This document shows, one piece after another, positions 25,944 through 38,816 of a stretch of 64,000 nt of DNA (its first letter is position 1; each line of letters starts with the position of its first letter). The notes below the pieces were generated by a model. That model ran no database searches. It saw only the letters and a program-made list of their open reading frames with translations, and was not told the origin of the DNA. The position numbers and the translations under genes were made by a program. Origin of the DNA: Camelus ferus (lineage: Eukaryota); contig NC_045696.1 of NCBI RefSeq assembly GCF_009834535.1, forward strand, positions 5,582,001 through 5,646,000, read 5' to 3'.

Positions 25944-27904
25944 AAGAGTGTTTCTTCTTTAATATAAGGAAAAGTAAGGTGTATATTGGATGCTTAAGTC
26001 CTGGAATAAAATCACCACCAAAACTAAATTCTATATAATTTGGTTTGGTTGGTAACTTGATTGCATATATTATATTAATTATAAATATAAAATATCATAA
26101 TTTAAATTTTAATTAATATATAAAAAATATAAATTATATATAAAATTTTGTATATAAATTACCTATACACACATATGTAAATGGTAATCACACATTTACT
26201 TTTTAATTAACGTTTGTACCATCAACATAACAAAAATAAGTGACTAAAAGCATGAGATCAATAAATTAAAGGCTGCTCTTAGCTGCCCTAAGATAATCAG
26301 GAAGATCCAGGCCAAGATAATATTTCAGTTTGGGGCAAGTGTAGACAAAAAATAAAAATAAAAGTCATACAGACAAGTATGTAATGATGGAATGTCCCTT
26401 TAGCTTCTGGCATACGTTCTCTGACACATTCCTGAGTGTCACATCTCTCAGAATCAAAGGACCAGCAGCCTATTTCTCCACTGACGGGCCCTCCCCCAAG
26501 GCTCCGCTGGGGTAAACCCCAGACCAACCTTCTGCTTCTCATCTCAGAAACTGTGCTCCAAATTCCATAGCTGCACGGCTGAATTTCTGAATATTACAAA
26601 ACCCCACCAGACCTGATGACAGGTTGTTGGACTAAATTATTATTTTAACTAATCATGATTTCTCTACGTACTTTCCAGCCTGTCCGTAATTATCCATGCC
26701 ACTTTATAAGTTACTTACTCCTTTGGCTATTTTCAGAGATAACTTTGCTGTTTCAAAGAGTAGAGACGTCTTTGTTTTAGACAGGCTGACTTTTAATTAC
26801 ACATTCAGAAGGCAACATCCTTTATTCTGTCCAAACTCCTGTCTTCCCTCCTCAAATGCCCTCCCAGGAGCCTCAGCCACTGCCCCATCACCAGCATTAT
26901 TTCCATCTCTATTTATCATGCGTCAAGACTTGGGGTGGGATGAAAAAGGGTTTCATTTGATTTTACAATTTCTGAACATAAGAAGAACATTTCCCAAAGT
27001 CCTGACTTAACGTTTCCTTCTGCTGGAAAGTCAAAGAGCCGTGGAGAAAACAGGAGAGGGAAATGGATCTGTTTACTGACAAGCAATGACATCTATGGGC
27101 AGTTGACTTACTGTTGGGTGCATGATAGAGTGTTAAATTTTATTTACCACCCCCCCAAAAAAAGAGTAGAAAAATGAAATCTGGCCCTCTGAACTCCCCC
27201 AACACCAGTGATTTAAACTGAGCCAAAGGCATCACATCACTCATCTGGCTATTTGGAGAACTTGGCTTCTGCCGAGGGCTGGAGAAGGGTCTTAGGATGA
27301 GCCCATAGGAGGGGACAGGGGCATGGGGAACACGTGAGCTCACCTGGCTGGCCCACACCCTGATGCCCACCCGAGTTGGGGTGCACCCCGCTGTAGTCCC
27401 CCTCCTTGGTGGGTCCTTGTTAAGGAGCCCCACTGGACCCTGGCGAAGGACAGCTCCTCTCCACGTGGCTTCCTGGGCTGACCTCAGGGACACAGCCTCG
27501 GCTCCCAGAGGAAGCCTCGCCTTGAAGACATCAAGGGGAGGGGCGTGCACAGTACCTCAGTAGTCCTCACCCCAGACACACTCCCCTTCCACCTGTCGGC
27601 CCTTCTCCCCTCTCCAGGGCACCATGGCCAGTGCTGGCCCCACAGTCTGCATGGTCTTTCTGGGCAGCCCCTCTGGAGGGTCCAGGGTCCTTGGAGTCTG
27701 TCACTTGGAGCCTTTGGGATCCCAGTGGAGGCTCAGAGTGCTGTTTTCCTATCCTGTTACATTTATTCATCAAAAAGTATTGTTCTCTGCCTTGAAGTCA
27801 CTGGCCACTGTTGGTTACTGCGATGCATCAGAGTGATGTTTGGGTCACTCACTTGGCACCTCCCGTCTGTTGTCTTGTACAGTTAGAAACCTTTCCAAAC
27901 AAGG

Positions 27905-28300
27905 TCACTGTACTGTAGTAAAAAGCACGCTGCACTTGAGTGAGAGGTGCCCTGCGTTTCCATCCTGGCTGGGAAAGTTGCTATCTGGGCAGGGGCTCTG
28001 CTCTTCCATTGCCTCATCTGCAAAATGGACAGAACCCTGCCTTCTTGGCGGGTGTTGGTGAGAACCAAGGCATGTGTGGAAAATCACTTTGCACCACCAG
28101 TCTGGAAGCTGCGCCGTCAGGCACCCGGCACACTCTTATGCCATCCACTCATCCTGACTGCCATGCCAGGCAGGAACTCTGATCACCATTTTAAGACAAC
28201 AAAGCTGAGGAGCCAGGGAATTAAAGAATTTTCCAAGGTTCACATCCAGCTCCATCTAATTTAAGAGCCATGTTTTTCCCACTATATTAACACTCAATCA
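27905..28300. mobile_element. Two MIR fragments in opposite orientation
   Basis: CCTCATCTGCAAAATGG core and CCATTTTA...TCCAAGGTTCACA. Confidence 0.6.
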
Positions 28301-28321
28301 AGACTGGAAAAAGGGGTGGAC

Positions 28322-28470
28322 GGGGGAGGGCAGAGTGCATGCCTAGCATGCACAAGGTCCTGGGTTCATTCCCCAGTACCTCCACTAAAGATAAATAAAC
28401 AAAAACCTAATTACCTCCCCCCAAAATGAAAACAAAGAAAGAAAAACAAAACAAAACAAATTAGAAAAAA
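28322..28470 (+). mobile_element. tRNA-derived SINE lacking the A box
   Basis: GGGGGAGGG joined directly to CAGAGTGCATGCC; B box and family tail present. Confidence 0.85.
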
Positions 28471-28689
28471 GATTGAGAAATCCAGGAGCCACCTAAGGGT
28501 CTGTCCCTAAAGATGGTGGATCTTTGCACCTTGAAAACAGTGAGGACTGTCCTCTCTCCCTTTGTCCTTTGCCCACTGTGACAACAGTCTTCGGGAAGAG
28601 AGGAGGGTCACACATGAAGATGCAGCCTTCTTCTGCTCCCAGGGTCTGTCACCCAACTCCCTCTGTAAAGTGGTAAAACATGTGAGCAC

Positions 28690-28930
28690 ACTTTGGCATC
28701 AGCTGTTAAAATAAAGATGCGAGATGCAGCTGCATATTTAATCCCTGTAAAGAGATTACCATGTGTTTTTTCCCTTTTTCATTTATTTCATTCATCCAAC
28801 AGAGGTCATAGTGACCTCCTTGGTTCCAGGCAAAAATCTATTTTTAAAGTCTACAGACTAAAAAAATAAGTGGTAAAGGTTTTGCAGACCAACCCCCACG
28901 CACAAAGTGTAAGTACAGGCAGCTGCGCTG
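28690..28930. promoter_or_regulatory. Candidate muscle enhancer in SH3BGR intron 1
   Basis: CAGCTG E-boxes at 28700, 28727 and 28920; MEF2 site CTATTTTTAA 28838-28847; perfect ERE AGGTCAtagTGACCT 28803-28817. Confidence 0.5.
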
Positions 28931-29229
28931 GGTTCTTCTGCAAAGAGGCTTCTGGCTGAAATTCCCCGAGCCAGGAAGAACCATTAGCACCGACACTGTG
29001 GAAATAACCAGTTCTCATTCTTCAGGATAAGACAGAAATTCTTCCATTCATGTGGCTTGACACAATTCTTCTGAAATGTCATCATAGAAGCAGACATCTA
29101 ATAATAACTAATAATTATAATAACTACAATCATATTGATTAATATTAACTAACACTCACTAATAATTATAATAACTGATGGTTATAACAATTATATTAGC
29201 TAACCGTAGCTAGTAATTACAACATTAAT

Positions 29230-29400
29230 AATGATGATATTTATTACTTGGCACTACACTGGGCCCTCCACGCTTATTTTCAGAATCCTCAGGACAATGC
29301 TGTGAAGAATACTATTCTTATCCGCATTTTACAGTTAAGGAAATTTGAGGTTTAGTAAGGTGAAGGAAACTTTCCCAAGGTCATACAGCCCAAAGTGGCA
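29230..29400 (-). mobile_element. MIR
   Basis: CATTTTACAGTTAAGGAAATTTGAGG...CCCAAGGTCATACAGC. Confidence 0.75.
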
Positions 29401-31020
29401 CAAAAACATGTGCTTAGGGCAGCAGAATTAACTTGGATTGTCTGAGATCCTGGAATGAACAGTACCCCTCCAGATCCTCCCAGGCTAACTAAATCGTGCT
29501 CCCAAACTTCAAGAATGTAGGATACCAAATAATCCTAAGAAATCCATACAATTTGTCCACTGTCTCCGGAAGGATACACACGGCCACTCAAACCTGGGCT
29601 ACAGCATATGTAAAAGATTGGCAGGTTAGTGGTAAAAGTTTCCAGCAATGAGCATCAACAGCCTATTTGAAACCTACCAAAGCCATTTTCTTTAAAAAAA
29701 TTTTTTTTAATCTAAATGATCCAAAAATGTGCTTTTTTAGATGAACTGAAAGTTTCTGAGGTCATCCATCAACAGCCACAAGAGATTCTGTAGTTTTACA
29801 TTAAGAATTCCTCCTCACCTTTTCCTGTTAAAAGATGTTCAAGAGATCACTACACAGTTGCCAATCAATTGTGCTCAGAAGGGACAACCAGGCTCTTTTC
29901 TTGTGTTTTCTTCTTACACTCTGTGGAAACCATAAGAACTTTCAGGGCTGGGGGTGGCGGCATTCAGGAGATGCCGTTAGGGCTCCTTCCCCTGCCAGCG
30001 ACTCGCCTAGGCTATCATCCCTGGCTGAGTGACCACTGAAACCCAAGCTGCAAGCTGAGAAGGCCCAGGAACTAGATATAAAAGGAAACAGCCCCTTTGC
30101 TGGTCTCCAACTCTCAGGATTAATAAAACTGTATTCTCCCCACAGCCTCCTATGCTAAAATGCTGGTGGAAATTTCAGTCCCATGGAGACACTGCAGGTT
30201 CAAGCCTAAAATTAAAGCCTGGGTCCTTTCCAAGGAGAAACGGGTCCCTCTGTTACCCCTATTTCTTAAGGCAGGTCTGCACTGCACAGAACGCAGGCTG
30301 GACTTGGAGAGGTGGATGGGTGATTCCTAGCAAGGAAATCAGACAAAGCAATGTTATGAGGTTGGCTTTTAGTCCCTAATTTGGGTCTGTGTGGATTCCT
30401 AGGGTATCTAAATCTGTGGCCTTAGAGATGTTTGCTCTTGTGACTGTGACATCATTTTCCTCAAATAATAAATAGTTTTACACATGCTAACTTTACACTT
30501 TCCTTACGGTTACATCACATACGCAAGTAACTACACCCACACCCAGGGTCATTTTAGTGATCTGGTCCATCATCTGCTCCAAATATTGTTACACAAAGTG
30601 CCATTTATTTGCAATTTTAAATTAGTCTCAGTCTTAAAGAATGAATGGCAGAAACACTCCACAAAAAAAAGAAAAGGAAGAAAAAAGCGCCCCTGAGTCT
30701 ATCATACATGCAGCACAACATGACACACATCACATGTTAAAAGCTTTACTATCAAACACGCCCCCTTCCTCGAGTCCCCTTCCACACCCAGCTACCCCGG
30801 ATCACACACATAAATGTGTGATAATACATAAATACTTCTTCAACACCATTCAAACCAAGGCAGAAAGCAAAGGGCTCACAGGCATCCGCAGAGCCGCGTT
30901 TACTTACACACGCCTCAAAAAGAAATTTAAGGCCAGCGCTGGGCCATACCCGCTCCTGCTACCTCCAAGTCTGAGTTATTCGGAAAATAGGACAGGAAGA
31001 AATTTCCCCAAATTCCATCA

Positions 31021-31600
<580 letters not shown>

Positions 31601-32118
31601 CTTCCTTACTTTAAAATTTTCTGGCAGATTAAGAAAAAAACTTCAATGAACTGTCAGACAATAGATTCCTTTATGAGTGGCCTGTTTCTAGTTTTCTCCC
31701 TGTCCCACCTGTTTCTCCTAAAGAACAGAAGCTGACAAGCGGAGGACCGTGTAAGGTTTCACTGACATCTCAGACCAGGCAGGGAAGTAGTTGGCTTGTC
31801 AGCACCGGGGACTCCAACAAGCAAGACGTTGGGGGAAAATTAATGATATTTGTAACAGGCTCTCTCCATCTTATTTGTATAGATAATATGAATTGTGTTG
31901 AAAATTAGAAGAATTAAAAATCTAGTAAGAAGCTCAAATGCTAGCAACCCAATTCTGATGGGTTTCAAAATCAAGACCAAGGGTCTTAGGGGCAAAGGAG
32001 GGAGCGAATATTTAAGTCCTCTTAAGATAAGTGAGTCTTATTTTAAGTCTCTTGCTACTCATGGAGGAGGCGGCTGTGGCATCCTGGAGGAATTTATCCT
32101 AAGAAAACAGTCAGGGAT

Positions 32119-32569
32119 TGTTACTGAGTCCAAACTCATTCTGCTCACTCCAGGACAGGTCAAGAAATTGGGAGATGAGGTGTTGGGGCAAGGAATAGCG
32201 ACTTTATTGGAAAAGCCAGCAGACGATAGGATGGCAGACTAACGTCTTAGAGAACCATCTTCCCCCAGTCAGAATACAGGTTACTTTTATACCAAAAAAA
32301 CCCAACATACAAAGAAAACAGGGGAGGGGGAGTGGTTGATTGTTGCAAACTTCTTGGTGTAGGAGCTCTTCGTTCCTGCAGCTGTCCGCGTGGGCCAGCT
32401 CACGGTGCTCCTGCAAAACCTCCAACAAAACAAATGCTATTCTCTGTTCTGCAACTTGTTATCTTTACGTGAGTGCAGGGCTGGCAAGACTAAGCCCAGA
32501 AAACAGGGCACAGGGTTAAAGGCAAAGGAAGAGATCTCATATGGAGTCAGATTTGTTTTTTCTATTACA
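32119..32569 (-). mobile_element. Solo ERV LTR (ERV1-like)
   Basis: TG...CA ends; 4-bp TSD ggat/gggt; on the minus strand TATAAAA (32285-32291) followed by AATAAA (32203-32208). Confidence 0.75.
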
Positions 32570-33149
32570 GGGTGACCCCTAAGATTCATATACAAGGACA
32601 TTCAATAAGGCATTGATACAATGGAAGAGGTGAGGAGGAAGAGGAGGTGAGGAAGAGAAAAGAGAGTAATATTAACATTCATTAATTATACCCTTATATC
32701 ACTAAAAATGTCTATGCAATCGCTGCATAAGAATCACCTATAATTCTAAAATTGAGGTGATTTTTACTTTTTCTTGGTACTTTCCTATACATTGTAAATT
32801 CTCAACACCAACACATACTGCTTTATTATCAAGAATTTCTTTCACCAAGAAATCCATCTTTATGAGACGTTAACAAGAGCGCTCCGCTCTCGGTCCACGC
32901 CCCTTCCAGGCTGGGAACCCTCTATGTGCATCGGGCGCGGCCAGGGTGCAGGCGGGCCCAGGGCGCCAACGAGGGACGGCGGGAGGCCCGCTTGCAAACG
33001 TCTAGGCAGTCAGGTGGGGAGGGACTCACACCCCGACCCTAGACCGCTGGCCCCTGCCCGGCGAGACCTGGTGTCCAGTGCGCGTGCGCGCAGACCTCGC
33101 GGCCCCGCCCCTGGCCCCTCCCCTCCTGTTCAGACCAGTCCCAGGAGGC

Positions 33150-33229
33150 CCCTCGTGCCAGTTTCCAGGGCGACGCGTCCGAGCCCGGAGGCCGCGGGGT
33201 TGGCGCTACCGCGGAGTCGCGCGGAGCAG
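33150..33229 (+). other. LCA5L: Probable LCA5L non-coding first exon (start approximate)
   Basis: Donor CAG|gtaacc at 33229/33230 inside the CpG island, downstream of GC-box and NRF1 motifs. Confidence 0.5.
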
Positions 33230-33245
33230 GTAACCGCCTCGCCTC

Positions 33246-33266
33246 GCCGCCGCCGCCGCCGCCGCC
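33246..33266. repeat. (GCC)7 trinucleotide repeat in the CpG island
   Basis: Direct count. Confidence 0.95.
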
Positions 33267-33779
33267 GCAGCCCGAGGTCTCCGCCCAGCTGCAGCCGGAG
33301 CCTCCTGCTAAACTTTCCGAGCCTTCCGGTGTTGCCCGGTCCCACAACCCTAGCCCCTGCCGAGCTCGGGCCTCGCTGCCTGGCTTTCACTCGAGTTGGT
33401 AACGTAGCGGATCGTCCCGCACCTTCCTCCGGCAAAGCGCGTGCAGCCTGGTGGAGAGCCGCCCTCGGCGTCCTTCCCTGCTCGGACAGCGTGACTGCGC
33501 CTTCGCAGCACCCTCACAAGCCACCCTGGCCCGGGGGCCCGCCCGCACGCGGTCCGGCCACAGGAGGCGTTCGGGCAGGGGTGGGCCTGGAGCTGGCCCG
33601 GGTACCACCAGGGGAAGGGGCCAGGCCCCAGTCACCCCACCCCACTGCCCACCCCCGACAGACGGGGGCCGATTTTACCCCCTCCCCCAACTTGCAGGCT
33701 TTGGCCCACAGGTAACTTTTTTCAGACCAGTTTTTCATTGCGGAGCATGACCTTGAACCTTTTCTTTTTTAATCTAGAA

Positions 33780-36480
33780 TGACTTTCTAGATGAATTCAT
33801 CTTGTTTCATAGTCTCGAAACCCACCTAAATGCCAATGAACCACAAAGGTGTATCTCCAGCCCTGACCCTCCTCTGAACTTCAGACCCATGTCTGCCTGC
33901 CTACATCTCTTCTTAGATGTCTAAGGCATCTCCAACACAGCAAGTCCAAAACATTGCCCCAAACCTGGTCCTCCCACACCTTTATCCACCCCAGTCGCTG
34001 GAAATCTCTCTCCCAGTTGTCTGGTCGTTGGTGTCCTCCTTGACTCCCGTTTTTCTCCCTCCCCACATTCAGTCTGTCAACATATCTTTCAAAATGTACC
34101 CAGAATAGGTGCACAATCCTGCCGTTTCTCCCAACCCGGGCTATCACCACCCTGGTCCTGGCCTGGGTTATTTCAGTGGCCTATTTGGTCTCCCTGCCTT
34201 GAGAATAGACAGCCATGCTATTTTTCCTTTCTCTGTTATTTCACAGAAGCTTTGGGGGAAAAAAGGATATGAATTTTACAGTTTCCATAGATAAGAATAC
34301 AGTATTTTTTCATATGTATTTTGAGAATTACGACTTTTAAACCAAGTAGAGGATGCTAAGTTAGCACCTTAGGATTCAGCTAAAAATGGAAAGATGCCCT
34401 TTAACTTTCTTAAGTATATGACAGGGTGTCTAGGGCAAGAACTTTAAAACTGACCATACGGAAGAATAAAAGAATGCATAGACTTCTTCCAAGTGAGAAA
34501 AAGAAGTCATGTAGGAATTTAGGCTCTGTTTGTTCCCTATTCTTTCTTTCTTGGTTTTTTTAGAGAAGTACCAAAAGAAGCAAACTGAAATGGAGACAAA
34601 TGGTCATTCCTGTGCCGATCACTTTGATAGTAAGTACCTGGACGCCGATATTCCAGTCAGTCACAGTGATACAGTGATGGATATGACAGGTCCCTGCCCT
34701 CCGGCCCCCACACACCTGTCTCCTTGCCAGTCAAAAAACCCCGGCCTCCATTGTCTCTTTTTCCATGGAGTGAAACCCTGCCTGACGAGAGTAACAATGT
34801 AGGGCAGCTGAAACTCGCAAAGGGACTGTGGGATGTCCGCCCTCCTGCCTCCCCTCAGGCTATCACTTCAGAGAGACAGGTAAAGCGACGTGGTGGGAGT
34901 CTCCTCGGTCCCCAGCTGCCACAGCTGTAAACCTCCCTGTGCTCTGGATCTCCCCTCCTCCTGCTCGTCAGAATCCCTCTGCTGTCATTATCAGCTCTCG
35001 ATTCTCTGGCCTGCGTAATCACCTGTTCCATCTCAGCTGGCTCTTTACCTGGGCTTTTCAAGATGCTCGAGCCTCTCATCACAAAAGAAAGAAGAAAAAG
35101 CAAACACACAAACTCCCTTACCCCAGTTCCCCTTCATCTTCCAGTTATGGCCCAATTTCTCATCCCCTTCGATGGGCAAACTTCTGTAAAAAATTGCTGT
35201 ATTCAGTGCACCCATCCCTTGTCTTATTCCTCAGCCCCCTCCAGTCTGCCTTCCAGTGTCATCTCTGCCGTGAAACAAAAACCACCAGTCAGACAGTCCC
35301 AGGCCTCCTCTTGCTCCGTCTCTCAGCAGCATTTAAATTTGAAGCTGCTGCTCACATCCCACTCTAGAAACCCAGCCTTGCCTTGGCTTCGGCACCTTCA
35401 CCGACACCCAGCCATCTGCTCTTCCTGCTTCCGTCCCGGCTCGCTCTCCTCTCCTGGGCCCCTTCGTATTGCAGTTCCTCAAAGTGCAGTGTCAGTCCTC
35501 ATGTCCTCCTCCCACGCGCCCTGTATTCTGACATGGGGCACCAATCCACGCTCGCCATCTACGCGCTCTTGACCCCCCAGCCTTATCTCTCCAGCTTGGC
35601 CTTCTCTGAGCGAGACCCCCGAGTCCAGCTAGCTGAGTGGCATTGCCTCTTAATACCTCCCAGACACCTACACTTTACATCCTCAAGACCAGACAGTCCC
35701 CCACCCCGCGGGGCCCCCTTCCACTGGAACCTAGGATTCCTCCTTGACCTTTTCCCTCACCGCAGCATCCAAGGGGTCACCAAGCCGTGGTGACACTGTC
35801 ACCTCTGCATCTTCCCCATCTCCTCATCGTCACGGGCACCCTAGTCTGAGCTCCCGCCTTCCTCTATCCAGCCTTCTGCAGTCTGAGTCTCTCTGCCTTT
35901 TCTCTGTTCTCTCCTCCGCCCTGCAGCCAGAGTCCTCTTCAAAAGGCAGAGCTGATGGTGTCATCCCTTCCCCAGGCTCTCTTTCTCGTTTACTGCTCAT
36001 AGCCCATTGCTCTTCCATAAATGATCCAGATCATAAACCTGCCTTCCCATGACCCTGCAGCTCTTCACCCCACCTACCTCTGGAGACCCATCTAAGACCA
36101 CCGACCCTTCCCTTCCCCCTGGGCCCCAGCCACGTGGGCCTCCTCTCCCTGCCAGCCTCGGCACTGCCCTCTGTCTGCAGTGTTCTGCCTTCCTGCTCTC
36201 CCTTCTTCTTTGCCCAGTTAGTTCCCAAGTCAGATGGCACCTCTAGGGGGAGCTTCCCGGGTCACTGTCTAGATCAGTCTGGATCTTTGTCATACGTCCT
36301 CACAGAGTTGTAGCTCATTCCTTTAAAACGCTGAGAACAGTCCCTACGGTGATTATTTTATTACTGACATATCAGGTCCACGGAAACAGAAACATTTCCG
36401 TGTTCTCTATTTCCCCCACGCCTCACACAGCTCCTGGCACAGGGTAACCACTCTTACCTGTGTGTTGAAAGAATGGGTGA
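33780..36480. mobile_element. Discontinuous L2 LINE fragments
   Basis: Pyrimidine-rich L2-like tracts (ATCTCCAGCCCTGACC, CCTGGCACAG...GTTGAAAGAATG). Confidence 0.55.
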
Positions 36481-36895
36481 AATGGGCAAATTGCAAATGT
36501 GTAAGGTCAAATGTGGGATATTGTCTTGCAATTTTATTAAAATAGAATGAAAATTCTAGTAAAAAAGAATCAGGTCAACACTAAAAAGAAGTGGCCAGGA
36601 GGGGGAGCTGAAAGTTTGTGCTTCTGTAAATTTAGCCCGAGAGCGCTGACTTTTCCTTTAGCCCGTGCAGTAGTGGCATTTGTCCCCACTTGGTGGGAGT
36701 AGAGAGGCGCAGCTTCTAGCCCTGAAGGCGTTTCTTTGGTTGCTGAGTCTGGTAATGAATTTGAGCTTTTTGTCAAAAATACATAAAATATATAAAATTG
36801 TTAAATAACCGAAACCTACATAACTTGTCTATAACCACCCAAACTGACCATGGCACAATTCCATGTTATCCAATAAAGCTTGAAATTTCTGATTG

Positions 36896-36972
36896 ATATA
36901 CACACACACACACATACACACACACACACACACGCACACACACACACACACACACACATATGTATATATATA
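36896..36972. repeat. Interrupted (CA)n microsatellite
   Basis: Direct observation. Confidence 0.95.
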
Positions 36973-37107
36973 GGTCTATTTAATTTACGGATTTTCATGC
37001 TGGACTGAACCTGAGAAGTCATTGAGAACAGTCATCAAATTTCATGCATTAAACCGTTGAGGCCAGATGGCTGGTTGTACTGGCAGAGCTGGTACTGTTC
37101 ATACATA

Positions 37108-38530
37108 CATGGAGAAAAGACAGTCTCTTCAGTAAGTGGTGATGGGAAAACTGGACAGCTACATGTAAAAGACTGAAATTAGAACATTTTCCAACACCAT
37201 AAACAAAAATAAACCCAAAATAGATTAAAGACCTAAATGTTAAGACTGGAAACCATAAAACTCCTAGAAGAAAACAGGTAGAACACTCTTTGACATAAAT
37301 TGTTGCGATATTTCTTTGGACCTATCTCCTAAGGCAAAGGAAACAAAAACAAGAATAAACAAGTGAGACCTAATTAAACTTAAAAGCTTATGCACAACAA
37401 AGGACGCCATCAACAAAACAAAAAGCCTATTGAATGGGAGAAAATATTTGCAAATGATACACTCATTTGCAAATGGTATGACCAATAAGAGGTTAATATC
37501 CAAATACATAAACAGCTCATACAACTCGACAACAAAAAAACAAACAACCCCATTAAAAAATGGACAGAACATCTGAGTAGACTTTTTTCAAAGAAGACAT
37601 ACAAAAGACCAAAAGGCATATGAAAAGATGCTCAACATCATTAATCATCAGAGAAATGCAAATCAGAACTGCAATGAGATATCACCTCACACCTGTCAGA
37701 ATACTTATCATCATGGGGGAGGGTATAGCTCAAGGGGTAGAGCGTATGCTTAGCATAAACAAGGTCCTGGGTTCAATCTCCAGTACCTCCTCCAAAAATA
37801 AAATAAATAACTAAACCTAGTTACCTGCCCCCCCCCACAAAAAAGAATACTTATCGTCAAAAAAAAAAACATAATAAATATTGGTGAGGACGTGGAGAAA
37901 AGGAAACCCTCATGCACTGTTGATGGGAATGTAAATTGGTGCAGCCACTGTGGAAAACAGTACGAGGTTTCTAAAAAAATAAAAAATAGAATTACCACAT
38001 GACCCAGCAATTCCACTCCTAGAAATACTTCCGAAGAGAATGAAAACATTAATTCAAAAACATATATGCACCTCAGTGTTCATAGCAGTATTATTTACAA
38101 TAGCCAAATTTGGAAGCAACGTGTCTGTCACTAGATGACTGGATAAAGAAGATGTGATATATATAGGACTTGGAGGGTATTATGCTAAATGAAGTAAGTC
38201 AGAGAAAGACAAATATTGTATGATATCACTTATATGTGGAATCTAAAACTAAAAACTAGTGAATATTAAAAAGAAATAGAGTCACAGTTATAGAGAACAA
38301 ACTAGTGCTTACCAGTGGGGAGAAGGAAGCGGGAAGGAAAAAGTTTGGGGTAGGGGATCAAGAGGCGCAAATAATGTATAAAATAAATAAGCTACAAGGA
38401 TATATTGTACGGCACAGGGAAATAGACAAAATTTTATAACTATAGATGGAGTATAACCTTTAAAAAACGTGAGAACCATGATATTGTACACCTGAAACTT
38501 ACATAATATTGTAAATCAATTATAACTCAA
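37108..38530 (+). mobile_element. L1 ORF2 3' end plus 3' UTR (L1MA-like)
   Basis: GAAAAGATGCTCAACATCA, GGAATGTAAATTGGTGCAGCCACTGTGGAAAACAGTA and 3' terminus TGTAAATCAATTATAACTCAA. Confidence 0.92.
37715..37843 (+). mobile_element. tRNA-derived SINE nested in an L1
   Basis: 16-bp TSD agaatacttatcatca (37698) / agaatacttatcgtca (37844). Confidence 0.93.
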
Positions 38531-38641
38531 TTTTTTTTAATTTTAGGTAGCTAGTTTTACTAGTTTCTTTTGTGGTTTGTGAGCTTTATTTCTTGACACA
38601 TGCCATGCTTTTTAAGATTTGTTTTTAACATTTACATTTTT

Positions 38642-38816
38642 TATTAAAGTATAATTGATTTACAGTGTTTCAGGTTGTACAGCAAAGTGATTCAGTTATA
38701 CATATTTATGTACATTCTTTTTCAGATTCTTTTCTAGTACAGGTTATTACAAGATATTGAATATAGTTCCCTGTGCTATACAGTAGGTCTTTGTTGTTTA
38801 TCTATTTTACATATAG
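38642..38816 (-). mobile_element. Short L1 3' terminus with 16-bp TSD
   Basis: TSD taacatttacattttt at 38626 and 38817. Confidence 0.87.

Larger units (their letters stand above)
32870..33720. promoter_or_regulatory. CpG island, bidirectional LCA5L/SH3BGR promoter
   Basis: Dense CpG and high GC; NRF1 motif 33079-33090 (CGCGCACGCGCA on minus), GC box near 33101-33111, RFX X-box GTTTCCAGGGCGAC 33161-33174, and splice donors pointing outward on both strands. Confidence 0.88.

Noticed and set aside
32924..33750. 263-aa and overlapping Arg/Pro/Ala-rich ORFs
   Set aside because: Expected stop-codon depletion in a CpG island; no recognisable domain.
34247..34310. Strong plus-strand acceptor suggesting another LCA5L UTR exon
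   Set aside because: No convincing donor was found, so boundaries cannot be supported.
34828..36246. Overlapping ORFs up to 179 aa
   Set aside because: Pyrimidine-rich L2-like decay with Ser/Pro/Leu bias and no coherent exon structure.
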